The position numbers and the translations under genes are program-made. Of a stretch of 64,000 bases of DNA, positions 9,772 to 21,377 are shown piece after piece. Position 1 is the stretch's first letter. Every line of letters begins with the position of its first letter. The notes below the pieces were generated by a model that saw only the letters and a program-made list of their open reading frames with translations, was not told the DNA's origin and ran no database searches. Origin of the DNA: an uncultured Candidatus Saccharibacteria bacterium (GTDB lineage: Bacteria; Patescibacteriota; Minisyncoccia; Phycocordibacterales; Phycocordibacteraceae); assembly GCA_964569655.1 (NCBI GenBank), contig CAZMTN010000001.1:220-64219 (forward strand), given 5' to 3'.

Positions 9772-10233
9772 ATGCGCGGCTTCACGCTCATCGAGCTCCT
9801 TGTCGCGGTTGGTATCATCTCCATCCTCGCGTCTATCGTCATGGTGTCCTTGTCCGGCACGAAAGAGCAGGGGAATGCGGTGGCGGTGAAGGGGGATCTC
9901 TCTACCATCCAGACGCAGGGCGTCCTCTACTTCGAGATCGGCAACACCTACGGCGCCGACAACACGGGCAGCGGGGCGAGCTGCACCCCGTCCGCAAACG
10001 GGGTCTTCCGGGATACGGGCACGACCATCGAGGACCGCGTCGGCGCCGCGATAGCAGCTGCGCAGGGCCACGCTACAGGCGGAAGCGCGGAGGTCTATTG
10101 CCGCTCGAGTTCGACGGCGTTCCTCGTCGCGGCGAAGCTCCCGAACGAGAAGTACTGGTGCATCGATTCCATCGGCTCGGCGAAGGAGAAGGACACGGCT
10201 CCGGGGAATACGCGCACGGACTGTAACTACTAG
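9772..10233 (+). CDS. type IV pilin (short leader MRG)
   Basis: MRG|FTLIELLVAVGIISILASIVMV; E+5. Confidence 0.8.
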   Translation: MRGFTLIELLVAVGIISILASIVMVSLSGTKEQGNAVAVKGDLSTIQTQGVLYFEIGNTYGADNTGSGASCTPSANGVFRDTGTTIEDRVGAAIAAAQGHATGGSAEVYCRSSSTAFLVAAKLPNEKYWCIDSIGSAKEKDTAPGNTRTDCNY

Positions 10234-10986
10234 ATGGACTTCGGCGTATTCATATTCGCAGCGCTCGGCGCAATCTCCGGAAGCTTCGCGGGGGTTATCG
10301 CGGAGCGCGCGTATACGGGGCAGGACTGGGTGGGCGGGAGGTCCCGCTGCAACGCGTGCGGCCGGGTGCTCACCGCGCTCGACATGGTGCCGATGCTCTC
10401 CTGGCTCGCGTTCCGGGGGAAGTGCCGGAGCTGCGGCGCGGGCGTCTCTGCGGCATACCTCCTGCTCGAGGCGCTGCTCGCGCTCTCCTTCGGCGCCGCA
10501 TACCACCTGCTCGGGCTCTCGCTCGAGCTCATCCCGTTCCTGGCGGCGCTTGTCGCATTGGCCGCGCTCGTGGCGTACGACCTCCGGCACATGATCGTGC
10601 CGCCGCTCTTCTCGAACGCCTTCATCGCGTGCTCGCTCGCATATGCGGCTCTCGCGTACGAGCTTCCCGAGCTCGGCCTCGTCCTCATGCTCTCGGGCGG
10701 ACTTTCGCTCGTCCTCTATCTCTTCTATGCGCTCTCGAGGGGCCGCATCATGGGCCTTGGAGATGCGCCGGTGGCGCTCGGGCTCTCGCTGCTTGCGGGC
10801 ATGCAGTCCGGGGCGGGCTTCCTCTTCTCGTTCTGGATCGGCGCCGTAGTGGGCATACTGATATTGTTCGCGAGGCGCGGGAACCCTACAATGAATACCG
10901 AGGTGCCGTTCGTGCCGTTTCTCGCTGCCGGCTACTTGCTCGCGCTCTTCACCCAATGGAATCCTTTCTTCCTCATCGTGCTATAG
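10234..10986 (+). CDS. pilD: prepilin peptidase (A24 family)
   Basis: N-terminal Cys cluster CNACG...CRSCG, multiple TMs, GLGDA motif region (MGLGDAPVAL). Confidence 0.85.
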   Translation: MDFGVFIFAALGAISGSFAGVIAERAYTGQDWVGGRSRCNACGRVLTALDMVPMLSWLAFRGKCRSCGAGVSAAYLLLEALLALSFGAAYHLLGLSLELIPFLAALVALAALVAYDLRHMIVPPLFSNAFIACSLAYAALAYELPELGLVLMLSGGLSLVLYLFYALSRGRIMGLGDAPVALGLSLLAGMQSGAGFLFSFWIGAVVGILILFARRGNPTMNTEVPFVPFLAAGYLLALFTQWNPFFLIVL

Positions 10987-11606
10987 CCCCGACGCGTGGA
11001 TTCACGCTCATCGAGATGCTCGTGGTGCTCGCGATCATCATCATCATCACGGTGATCGCGCTCTCGGGGCAGTCCGGCTTCGACCGCACGGTGGCGCTCA
11101 ACAACGCGACCTACGACGTCGCCCTTTCCGTACGCGAGGCCCAGTCCTATGGCGTCTCAAGCCAATCGTTCTCGGGCACCAACAATGCCGGCTACGGCAT
11201 CTATCTCCAGGCGGCGTCCCCCGCGTCCTATATCCTTTTCGCGGATACGTATCCGCCCGTCTCCGCTACCGCCCGGCCGGACGCGAAGCCCGGCGACGGC
11301 CTCTATTCCACGTCCGCATCCCCGAGCGAGCTCTTGAAGACGTACACGCTCAACAACGGATTCTCGGTGAGCGCGTTCTGCGCGTACGCGTCGAACGGTA
11401 CGAGGACCTGCACTGCGGATGGCCTCACGGAGATGAATATCACCTTCAGCCGGCCGAATACCCGTACGTACGTGAAGGCGAAATCCTCCTCGTCCTGGAC
11501 CACGTACCAGAGCGCCTGCGCCACCGTATCGAATCGCGTCGGCGACCAGCGCTTCGTGCTCGTCGCGGAGAACGGGCAGGTCTCGGTCGTCGCTGCATGC
11601 CCATGA
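10956..11606 (+). CDS. minor pseudopilin (FimT/PilW-like)
   Basis: ATG 10956 overlapping pilD end; leader MESFLPHRAIAPTRG|FTLIEMLVVLAIIIIITV; track ORF 10356 N-part is out-of-gene extension. Confidence 0.7.
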   Translation: MESFLPHRAIAPTRGFTLIEMLVVLAIIIIITVIALSGQSGFDRTVALNNATYDVALSVREAQSYGVSSQSFSGTNNAGYGIYLQAASPASYILFADTYPPVSATARPDAKPGDGLYSTSASPSELLKTYTLNNGFSVSAFCAYASNGTRTCTADGLTEMNITFSRPNTRTYVKAKSSSSWTTYQSACATVSNRVGDQRFVLVAENGQVSVVAACP

Positions 11607-12148
11607 GAAACCGCGCGCACGGCGGGTACACCCTCATCGAGCTCCTCGTCTCGATGGGCATCTTCGCGCTCGTGATGCTCGCGTCCGCAGCCGCGTACCT
11701 GTCCTTCATCCACTACAACCGCGTGGCGCATACGGCGAGCTCGGTCATCAACTCGCTCTCGTTCACCATCGACCGCATGGCGCGCGAGATGCGCACGGGC
11801 TCGAACTTCACCTGCCTCGGCTCCTGCTCGCTGAGCGGCGTGAGCCGCGTCACCTTCACGAGCAGCGAAGGGTGCACCATTACGTACCGGCAGTCGGGCA
11901 CCTCGATACTCCGCAGCGAGACCGGGTCTGCGCCGTGCGTGCTCTCGACCGACGTCGCCATGACCGACGGCTCGCTCGTCATCGATTCGCTCCTCTTCTA
12001 CGTCCGCGGCACGGCCACCAGTCCTGATCCGGCGCATCAGCCGATGGTGACCCTGGTCGTGAACGGGGAAGCGGCGGTGCCGAACAGCTCGGTCGTCGTG
12101 CCGTTCCAGATCCAGACCAGCGCCACCCAGCGCCTTCCCGACTTATGA
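11597..12148 (+). CDS. minor pseudopilin
   Basis: MPMRNRAHGG|YTLIELLVSMGIFALVML prepilin-type N-terminus. Confidence 0.7.
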   Translation: MPMRNRAHGGYTLIELLVSMGIFALVMLASAAAYLSFIHYNRVAHTASSVINSLSFTIDRMAREMRTGSNFTCLGSCSLSGVSRVTFTSSEGCTITYRQSGTSILRSETGSAPCVLSTDVAMTDGSLVIDSLLFYVRGTATSPDPAHQPMVTLVVNGEAAVPNSSVVVPFQIQTSATQRLPDL

Positions 12149-12696
12149 TGCCTACCCGCTCCGGCTTCACGCTCATCGAGACCTTGGTCGCCATCACGGT
12201 GCTGACGCTCGCCATCATTGCGCCGTTCGGCGCCATCCAGCGGGTGATGAGCGCGTCCAATATCTCGAAGAACGAGATCATCGCGGCGTCGCTCGCGCAG
12301 GAGGCGCTCGAATACGTCCGGTTCGTGCGCGATAACAACTATCTCGCCGACCCGAGCACCTTCGTGTCGGGCAATCATCAGCTCGACGGTATGAACGGGG
12401 TCGACGGCCCGGTATGCACCGGGAGCAACAAGTGCACTATCGACGCGACCGTGAACCCGGACGGGGGATCCGCCATCGAGCTCTGTCCCATCTCCGGCTG
12501 CCCGCGGCTCTATATCGACGATACGCAGGGCTTCTACACCCAGCAGACCGGGTCCGGGAAGCGCGCGACGCCGTTCACGCGCTCCGTGAACGTCTCGCCG
12601 CAATCCGGCTACCAGATCGTGACGGTGACCATCACCTGGGAAGACCACGGCGCGCGCACTATCATCCTCTCCGAAACCCTCTATGACTGGCTCTAA
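12145..12696 (+). CDS. minor pseudopilin (PilV-like)
   Basis: MMPTRSG|FTLIETLVAITVLTLAI. Confidence 0.7.
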   Translation: MMPTRSGFTLIETLVAITVLTLAIIAPFGAIQRVMSASNISKNEIIAASLAQEALEYVRFVRDNNYLADPSTFVSGNHQLDGMNGVDGPVCTGSNKCTIDATVNPDGGSAIELCPISGCPRLYIDDTQGFYTQQTGSGKRATPFTRSVNVSPQSGYQIVTVTITWEDHGARTIILSETLYDWL

Positions 12697-13162
12697 TCCT
12701 CAGCGCGGGTTCGCCCTGCTCGTCGCCATCGTGCTCTCGACGGTAGCGCTCTCGATCACGCTCGCGCTCACCTCGCTCGCGTTCAAGAGCCTTCTCCTCG
12801 CATCCTCCGCTCGCGAGTCGCAGTACGCGTTCTACGCGGCAGACAGCGCGCTCGAGTGCGCGCTCTATTTCGACAGCCACTCCCAGAACCGATTCATATA
12901 CAGCACTGGACAGGCGGCCGGCATCGTCTGCGGCGGCATCTCCACGTACGGGGGCTCGGGGAACATCCCGGGCGTGACCAGTTCCGGAACTACTAAGTTC
13001 GAATCCTCCTGGTTTACCGTGAACGGCTCGGATTGCGCCCGCATCACCGTATATAAGGAGAGTTCGGGGGCCACGACCCTCTTCGGGACGGGCGTTAACG
13101 TTGCCTGTTCGGACCTCGAGAATCCGCGCGCGGTGGAGCGTGGCCTGCGCGCGACGTACTGA
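12683..13162 (+). CDS. PilX/ComGG-like minor pilin (no E+5)
   Basis: MTGSNPQRG|FALLVAIVLSTVALSITLAL; hydrophobic N-terminus lacking Glu5. Confidence 0.5.
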   Translation: MTGSNPQRGFALLVAIVLSTVALSITLALTSLAFKSLLLASSARESQYAFYAADSALECALYFDSHSQNRFIYSTGQAAGIVCGGISTYGGSGNIPGVTSSGTTKFESSWFTVNGSDCARITVYKESSGATTLFGTGVNVACSDLENPRAVERGLRATY

Positions 13163-15190
<2,028 letters not shown>

Positions 15191-15203
15191 TAGAGTGCCC
15201 GTA

Positions 15204-15497
15204 ATGGCTACCGGAGACGATGTAAAGAAACTGGCGCAGCTTGCGCGCGTGAGCGTGCCGGAAGCGGATCTCGAGGCATTCGCGAAGGAATTCGACGGCA
15301 TCCTCGCGTACGTCGGGCAGCTCGATGCGCTTTCCATAGATATGCAGGGGGCGAAGGAGGTGCCGCCGCTCCGCAACGTGATGCGCGAGGACGGCACGCC
15401 GCATGAGAAGGGCCTCTGGACCGAGAAGCTCGCTTCCCAGTTCCCGGACCGGGAAGGGGACTTGCTTTCCGTGAAGCAGATCATCAGCCATGACTAA
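15204..15497 (+). CDS. gatC: Asp/Glu-tRNA amidotransferase subunit C
   Basis: MATGDDVKKLAQLARVSVPEADLEAFAKEFDGILAYVGQL typical GatC; overlaps gatA start. Confidence 0.85.
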   Translation: MATGDDVKKLAQLARVSVPEADLEAFAKEFDGILAYVGQLDALSIDMQGAKEVPPLRNVMREDGTPHEKGLWTEKLASQFPDREGDLLSVKQIISHD

Positions 15498-16905
15498 GAA
15501 GCTGAACGAATGCACTATTGCTGAGGCCGCGAAGGCGCTGCGCGCTAAGGAATGCACTGTGCGCGAGCTCTGGGACGCGTGCAAGGCAGAGGCAGAGCGC
15601 CGCAATCCGGAGCTGAACGCGTACCTCGAGATCTTCGAAGCGGATGACGCCGCTATCCAGGCAGCGCAGGAACGCATCGATGCGGGAGACGACTCGCTCC
15701 TCTGCGGCATTCCGCTCGCCATCAAGGACAATATTTTGATAGAAGGGGAAATCGCCTCAGCTGCATCGAAGATGCTTGCTGACTATGTCGCGGCGTATGA
15801 TGCGACCGTCATCAGGAAGCTGAAGGAAGCAGGAGCGCTGTTTGTCGGCCGAACTAATATGGACGAGTTCGCCATGGGCTCCTCCACCGAACACTCTGCC
15901 TTCGGCGCGACGAGGAATCCGTATGACGTGTCTCGCGTACCAGGAGGCAGCAGCGGCGGATCCGCGGCTGCGGTTGCCGCGCAAATGTGCATCGCTGCGC
16001 TCGGCACGGATACCGGCGGTTCCATCCGCCAGCCAGCGGCGCATACGGGGCTCGTCGGCATGAAGCCGACCTATGGCGCGGTCTCCCGTTACGGCGCTAT
16101 CGCCATGGGCTCTTCCTTGGACCAGATCGGCCCGCTTACGAAGACCGTCGAGGATGCGGAAATACTCTTCGATATGCTCCGCGGCCAGGACCCGCTCGAT
16201 GCGACCTCCATCCCTGGAGATTTCTATGCTGCTAAGGACGAGAAGCAGACGCTCACTATCGGCGTGCCGCGCCATCTCCTCAAGGAGGGCATCGACGCGG
16301 ACGTGCTCGCCGCATTCGAAGCGAAGCTCGAATCCCTCAAGGCACAGGGGCATGCGGTCGTAGACGTCGAGCTCCCGACGAGCTCGCATGCGCTTCCGGT
16401 GTATTACGTCCTTATGCCGGCGGAAGTGTCCGCAAACCTCGCCCGCTATGACGGCGTACGCTACGGCCTCAACAAGAAGGGGGACAGCATGATCAATGAT
16501 TACGTGGAATCCCGCACTGAAGGGTTCGGTCCGGAGACCATCCGCCGCATACTGCTCGGCACCTTCGTGCTCTCATCCGGCTACATCGATGCCTACTACC
16601 GCAAAGCGGACGCGGCTCGCGGCATCCTTACCAAGGAGTACGATGCGGCGTTCAAACAGGCGGACGTGATCGCGTTTCCGACGACGCCGTCTCCGGCCTT
16701 CAAGTTCGGCGAGAAGAGCGACCCGGTGTCCATGTATCTTGAGGACGTGTTCACGGTCACCGCTAACCTCACCGGCATGCCGGCGATCTCCGTGCCGATG
16801 GGTTCCGTTGATCGCGATGGCGTATCGCTTCCGGTCGGCATGCACTTCACTGCGCCGAAAAGTCGCGAGGACCGCCTCTTCGCCGCGGCCCGCGCGCTCG
16901 CGTAA
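15490..16905 (+). CDS. gatA: Asp/Glu-tRNA amidotransferase subunit A (amidase)
   Basis: amidase signature GGSSGGSAAAVAA...GTDTGGSIRQPAA. Confidence 0.9.
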   Translation: MTKKLNECTIAEAAKALRAKECTVRELWDACKAEAERRNPELNAYLEIFEADDAAIQAAQERIDAGDDSLLCGIPLAIKDNILIEGEIASAASKMLADYVAAYDATVIRKLKEAGALFVGRTNMDEFAMGSSTEHSAFGATRNPYDVSRVPGGSSGGSAAAVAAQMCIAALGTDTGGSIRQPAAHTGLVGMKPTYGAVSRYGAIAMGSSLDQIGPLTKTVEDAEILFDMLRGQDPLDATSIPGDFYAAKDEKQTLTIGVPRHLLKEGIDADVLAAFEAKLESLKAQGHAVVDVELPTSSHALPVYYVLMPAEVSANLARYDGVRYGLNKKGDSMINDYVESRTEGFGPETIRRILLGTFVLSSGYIDAYYRKADAARGILTKEYDAAFKQADVIAFPTTPSPAFKFGEKSDPVSMYLEDVFTVTANLTGMPAISVPMGSVDRDGVSLPVGMHFTAPKSREDRLFAAARALA

Positions 16906-16931
16906 GCCGTGCACAATGCGAGCAGGAAGGT

Positions 16932-17540
16932 GTGCGTGCGCACGCTATACTTAGCCTCATGAACGACGACGGCACCATCCATTTCCTCAATATCGAATGG
17001 CTCTTCCGGCAGTTCTACGAGCTCTTCTTTTTCACGAGCGCGGGCAACGTGGATATCGGCGGGACGCTCGCCGCCATCTGGGTGCTCTTCACCACGATCT
17101 CGTACTTCGTCGCCTTCGTCTCGCTCGGCGTCCTCATCTACGCCACCATCCGCCTGCACCAGATCAAGGAGCAGGAGCACTACGAGTACACCACGCTCGA
17201 GCAGAAGCAGGCAGAGGACCTGCTCGAGCGTTCCCGCTGGGCGCATATCGCGGAGCTCATCGAGAGTCATCAGGAGAGCGATTGGCGCCAGGCGATCATC
17301 GAGGCGGACATCATGCTCGACGACGTACTGAAGCAGGCCGGGTACGTTGGAGACACGCTCGGCGAGAAGCTGAAGCAGGCGAATCCGCAGCAGTTCCGTA
17401 CCATCCAGGACGCGTGGGAGGCGCACAAGGTGCGCAACGCCATCGCGCACCAGGGCTCCGCGTTCCAGCTCACGGGCCAGGTCGCGTACCGCACCATAGG
17501 GCACTACAAGAACGTCTTCCAGGAATTCGACGCGATCTAA
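16932..17540 (+). CDS. hypothetical membrane protein with C-terminal soluble domain
   Basis: 202-aa ORF, 2 TM segments; no recognisable motif. Confidence 0.4.
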   Translation: MRAHAILSLMNDDGTIHFLNIEWLFRQFYELFFFTSAGNVDIGGTLAAIWVLFTTISYFVAFVSLGVLIYATIRLHQIKEQEHYEYTTLEQKQAEDLLERSRWAHIAELIESHQESDWRQAIIEADIMLDDVLKQAGYVGDTLGEKLKQANPQQFRTIQDAWEAHKVRNAIAHQGSAFQLTGQVAYRTIGHYKNVFQEFDAI

Positions 17541-17905
17541 GTTCTTTTAGTGCGAGCTTTCGAAAAGGTCCGTATCCGGTGGCAGTTTGCACACACCAGC
17601 TCGCATTTCTCTATCTCCGTCCTTATCGTCTCGATGCTTAGTACCGCGCGAGACCAGCTACCGATGTTGAAGCTCTTCACGCTGATTCCCTGGTGATCAA
17701 AATCCAGGACGTGAGGGAAGTCTTTGCCCTTGAATCCGCAGTCAGCACATTGTCCGCTCCTTTTGTACTGGTCGATGAATGCCGCAACGCGTAGCTTGTT
17801 CCGCTTCACATATCCGATGTGCTTCTTTCTATTCTTCGGGTACCAGATTTCTTTCATGTACCGTGCGTGGTACTCCTTTCTCTTCTCTGGATCGGCGAGA
17901 GGCAT
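17537..17905 (-). CDS. HNH endonuclease
   Basis: CADCGF...HVLDFDHQG...N...CANCH HNH motif; lower GC than flanks. Confidence 0.7.
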   Translation of the reverse strand: MPLADPEKRKEYHARYMKEIWYPKNRKKHIGYVKRNKLRVAAFIDQYKRSGQCADCGFKGKDFPHVLDFDHQGISVKSFNIGSWSRAVLSIETIRTEIEKCELVCANCHRIRTFSKARTKRT

Positions 17906-18039
17906 GCATATATCGTAGCATCATACTCGCCAAAGATTTATGATTCTGTCTTAGATAAGTATGTATGAGGACTCTGCCGGAAGGGTTGTAATGAAGGTCC
18001 TTAAGTGGTATGCTGCGTCCAGCTTCAGAGTGAAGCTCA

Positions 18040-18397
18040 GATAGCGGGGTAGAGGAGAGGTACCTCGGGAGGCTCATGTGCAAAACGTGACCCTATCCGG
18101 TAACGGGTAGCGGAAAAACTCTCTAAATTGCTGGAACACCGTTAGAGCTCCCTTCGCCACAGCGTGATTCGAAAGAATGAGCGCGATGGCCTGAAAAGAA
18201 AGGAGATTCGGCAATCAGCAGCCAAGTCTCGGCAACGGGAAAGGTTCAGAGACTATAATGGGAGAATCCTTAACGGGATTATGGGATAGTCCATTCCTGT
18301 CGGAAACGGCAGGTACAGAAGAACCTCCAGACGCCGGTTCGATTCCGGCCCCCGCAACAAGAATGAAAAGAGCCCGCGAAAGCGGGCTCTTTTCTTA
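18040..18397 (+). ncRNA. candidate structured ncRNA with tRNA-like 3' end (tmRNA-like?, unconfirmed)
   Basis: ~350 nt with no ORF >60 aa on this strand; perfect 7-bp hairpin at 18021-18037; T-arm-like GCCGG-TTCGATT-CCGGC + CCCCGCA at 18333-18356; terminator AAGAGCCCGC-GAAA-GCGGGCTCTT-TTC at 18368-18397. Confidence 0.3.
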
Positions 18398-18409
18398 TAT
18401 ACTGCTCTC

Positions 18410-18772
18410 ATGAACATCGGGAACCAGGACTATCCGAATATCGACTTCATACCGCCTGCGGCGGTAGCGAAGGAAGCGAAGAAAGGGCTCGAGCTCAGAG
18501 CTCGGTTCCGCCGAGGCGGGACGTTCGTCGGGATTGATCGGGCGCGCGAGCTCATGAGCGGCAAGCCGCTCCATCCGCGGGTGATCCTGCGCATGTACTC
18601 GTTCTTCGCTCGGCACGAGATAGATAAGCGCGGCAAGCATTTCAATGACCTTGCTAAGCCGTCTAACGGCAAGATCGCTTGGCTGCTATGGGGCGGGGAC
18701 GCGGGCCAGCGATGGGCGAAGAAGGTCCGGGAAGCCATGAGGAGTTCTCTGAAGAGTAGAACAGCGCGATAG
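18410..18772 (+). CDS. hypothetical protein
   Basis: 120-aa ORF directly after terminator; basic; no motif recognised. Confidence 0.45.
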   Translation: MNIGNQDYPNIDFIPPAAVAKEAKKGLELRARFRRGGTFVGIDRARELMSGKPLHPRVILRMYSFFARHEIDKRGKHFNDLAKPSNGKIAWLLWGGDAGQRWAKKVREAMRSSLKSRTAR

Positions 18773-18843
18773 AGGGCTGTGCATAGCGGTCCCTTTCGGG
18801 AGCGCAATCGGTATCATGGGGATGTCCTGTTCCTTCATATCGC

Positions 18844-19497
18844 ATGAAGATACTCATCATCGATGGTGATGCGGACGCTGCTGGCGCCTTATCCCGGCGT
18901 GTGTCGTCTTTCGGCTTCGCGGTCGACGCGGTCTCCACAGGAAGAGCCGCGCTCCTCTCGGTGCGCACCCAGGAATACGACCTCATTCTTCTCGATCCGC
19001 TCCTCGACACGGATGCCATGGAACTCCTCGGGCACCTGCGGGCAGGGAAGCGGGTTCCACCTGTCCTTGTGTGCTGTGTCACGGACCAGGTCGCGACAAA
19101 GGTGCTGTTCCTTAACGCCGGCGCGGACGATTATCTCGTGAAGCCGTTCGCGTTCGAGGAGCTTCTCGCGCGGATGCATGCGCTCCTGCGCCGTTCCGCG
19201 CACGTGGTTCCGGACATACTCACGGCCGGGAACCTCGAGCTCAACGTCGGGACGCAGAGCGTGCGCCGCGGGAAGCGCCCCATCGCGCTTACCAAGAAGG
19301 AGTGCGCGATGCTCGAGTATCTCCTGCGCTACCAAGGGAACCTCATATCGAAGACCTCGCTCACCGAGCACGTGTGGGATTCGTCCGCGGATCCCTTCTC
19401 CGCGTCGGTGGATACCCACATGACTAATCTCCGCCGGAAGCTCGGGAAGCCGCCTATCATCGAAACCGTGCATGGGCGCGGCTTCCTGATCCGATGA
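18844..19497 (+). CDS. OmpR-family response regulator
   Basis: receiver (ILIIDGD...LILLD) + winged-helix output (LTKKECAMLEYLLRYQGNLISKTSLTEHVW...VDTHMTNLRRKL). Confidence 0.85.
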   Translation: MKILIIDGDADAAGALSRRVSSFGFAVDAVSTGRAALLSVRTQEYDLILLDPLLDTDAMELLGHLRAGKRVPPVLVCCVTDQVATKVLFLNAGADDYLVKPFAFEELLARMHALLRRSAHVVPDILTAGNLELNVGTQSVRRGKRPIALTKKECAMLEYLLRYQGNLISKTSLTEHVWDSSADPFSASVDTHMTNLRRKLGKPPIIETVHGRGFLIR

Positions 19498-19546
19498 GTG
19501 TAAGGAAGGACCGCGAAGCACGTCTGCGAGTCTGTATACTGCACCT

Positions 19547-20569
19547 ATGAACCACACCTTCCGCACAGGAGGAGCGTCTCTTGCGCTCCTCGCTCTTATC
19601 AGCATGCCCATCGCTCCCGCCGAAGCGGCGACTCGCTCATGGGACGATGCCGAACGCGAGTGGAGCCGCTTTTCGTCGAGGGGATACTCCTCAGCCATCC
19701 AGAAGAAGATAAACAATCTCGACGATGACGAAGTTGAGGAACTGCCGATCCCGATCCTTCTCGGCGTATCCACGTCGAATCTCGCGAGGAACTACGGGGA
19801 CCCGCGCGATGGCGGCTCGCGCTCGCACCAAGGGCTCGACATCATGGCCCCGACGGGCGCTTACATCGTCTCGCCGACCGAAGCCGTCGTGACGCGCGTC
19901 GGGAAGGGAGAGACCGAGGGTAACTACGTCTACACCGCGAACCCGGGCGGCGAGACCTTCGCGTACATGCACCTTGATGACGTCGCGGACGGCATCAAGG
20001 CCGGCACCGAGCTCGAAGAGGGAGACCTCATCGGCTACGTGGGCAATACCGGGAATGCGTCCGGCGGACCGGCGCATCTCCACTTCGAGATTCGCGAATC
20101 TTCCCGCAAGCATACGGACCCCTTCCCGCGACTTGAGCGCGAATTCACGCTCACGGAGCGTATCGACGCTATCGAGCGCATCCTCGAGGATGCCGATGAT
20201 GAGGAAGAGGAGGCGGAGATGCTCGTGAGGACGCAGCGCGGCCTCTTCATCCTCGCCGGAGCGCAGAAGGTGAAGCTACCGAAGTCCATCACCGAAGCCA
20301 TGGAAGACGCGGGCATCGTCGCGACGGGGAATGCTACATTCGTGCGCGACCTCACGCTCGGCTCAACCGGCAACGACGTCACCGCGCTTCAAGCGCTCCT
20401 TATCACGAAGGATAGCGGCCCCGCGACGGACGCGCTCGCAAAAGCCGGCGCGACGGGCTACTTCGGTCCGATCACGCAGAAGGCGCTCGCTGAGTATCAG
20501 GCGGAGGAAGGCATCATACCGGCAGCCGGGTACTTCGGACCGCTTACGCGGGCGATGATCGCTAAATAA
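19547..20569 (+). CDS. M23 family metallopeptidase with C-terminal peptidoglycan-binding domain
   Basis: signal peptide; HxxxD...GNTGNASGGPAHLHFEI LytM motifs; PG_binding_1-like DVTALQALL...GYFGPITQKALAEYQ. Confidence 0.85.
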   Translation: MNHTFRTGGASLALLALISMPIAPAEAATRSWDDAEREWSRFSSRGYSSAIQKKINNLDDDEVEELPIPILLGVSTSNLARNYGDPRDGGSRSHQGLDIMAPTGAYIVSPTEAVVTRVGKGETEGNYVYTANPGGETFAYMHLDDVADGIKAGTELEEGDLIGYVGNTGNASGGPAHLHFEIRESSRKHTDPFPRLEREFTLTERIDAIERILEDADDEEEEAEMLVRTQRGLFILAGAQKVKLPKSITEAMEDAGIVATGNATFVRDLTLGSTGNDVTALQALLITKDSGPATDALAKAGATGYFGPITQKALAEYQAEEGIIPAAGYFGPLTRAMIAK

Positions 20570-20590
20570 GGAGTACTTCCTTAACAGGAA

Positions 20591-20618
20591 GCAGGTACCG
20601 GAAGGTACTTGCTTTTTC
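20591..20618 (+). terminator. intrinsic terminator
   Basis: GCAGGTACC-GGAA-GGTACTTGC followed by TTTTTC. Confidence 0.55.
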
Positions 20619-20707
20619 TGCATAATTGTGCTTTAATCACAAACAGAGGCAGCAAAGGCCTTTGGGCCCTTGCTGTGACCTCGTTCCTGTAGAGAAAGGA
20701 GTCGCCC

Positions 20708-21307
20708 ATGGCGATCGTAGAGCGGACTATCACTGCCCGCTTTACCGCGCGGGCTGCTTCCTGGTTCAAGAGGGCATGGGCGACGGTCGTCGAGATCGCG
20801 TCCGCACTCTTCAGTTTCGAAGAAGGCGAGTATGCCGTCTCGAAGCGGGATAAGATCGTCGAGTTCGTGTTCAAGAGAGCGAGATACTACGTCCTTGATG
20901 CGCTCCTCACCTTGGGTTCCCTTGGTGTGGTCGTCGTCATGAAGGAATATGGGTTCTCGTTCTTATGGACCTTCATCGCGGTCTGGGCCTATGACTTTCT
21001 GGTCGCGGCGGGTTTCGTCGTGAAATACCATGTGAGCGGGGAAGACCTGTCGCTCGGGAAGGACTACCGCCGAGCAGTCGACGCGGCCGCGAAACGGTCG
21101 AAGCTGCTCTGGCTTACGGGCATGCTGCTCGCGAACGTCCAGGCCGTCTTCTGGACCGGACCGGAGCAGATCGTCGCCTACTACCGGAAGGAACTAGGCA
21201 CGTTCGCCCGGATGTACCTCGCCTTGGTTCCGCTCAGTGCCGTGCAAGCTGTCTTCTGGGCAGTCGCATACGGGGCCGGGTATGAGCTGTGGGTGAGTTA
21301 CTTCTAG
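20708..21307 (+). CDS. hypothetical membrane protein
   Basis: 199 aa, 4 predicted TMs. Confidence 0.5.
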   Translation: MAIVERTITARFTARAASWFKRAWATVVEIASALFSFEEGEYAVSKRDKIVEFVFKRARYYVLDALLTLGSLGVVVVMKEYGFSFLWTFIAVWAYDFLVAAGFVVKYHVSGEDLSLGKDYRRAVDAAAKRSKLLWLTGMLLANVQAVFWTGPEQIVAYYRKELGTFARMYLALVPLSAVQAVFWAVAYGAGYELWVSYF

Positions 21308-21326
21308 AAGGAACGAAAGAAATAGA

Positions 21327-21357
21327 GTCGGCAACGTTATGCGTTGCCGATTTTTCT
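21327..21357 (+). terminator. intrinsic terminator
   Basis: TCGGCAACG-TTATG-CGTTGCCGA + TTTTTCTT. Confidence 0.65.
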
Positions 21358-21377
21358 TATCCAGCAGAACTATTTGC

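Noticed and set aside
10356-10955. N-terminal 200 aa of track ORF 10356..11606
   Set aside because: It runs through pilD in another frame. The real gene starts at ATG 10956, giving a canonical prepilin leader ending in Gly before FTLIE.
18040-18397. Calling the structured region tmRNA or RNase P RNA outright
   Set aside because: The acceptor would pair C3-G70 rather than G3-U70. No tag ORF ending in Ala-Ala-stop was found. The RNase P P4 consensus (GGAAAGUCCGGGC / ACAGAAnCCGGCUUA) is absent. Kept only as an unidentified candidate ncRNA.
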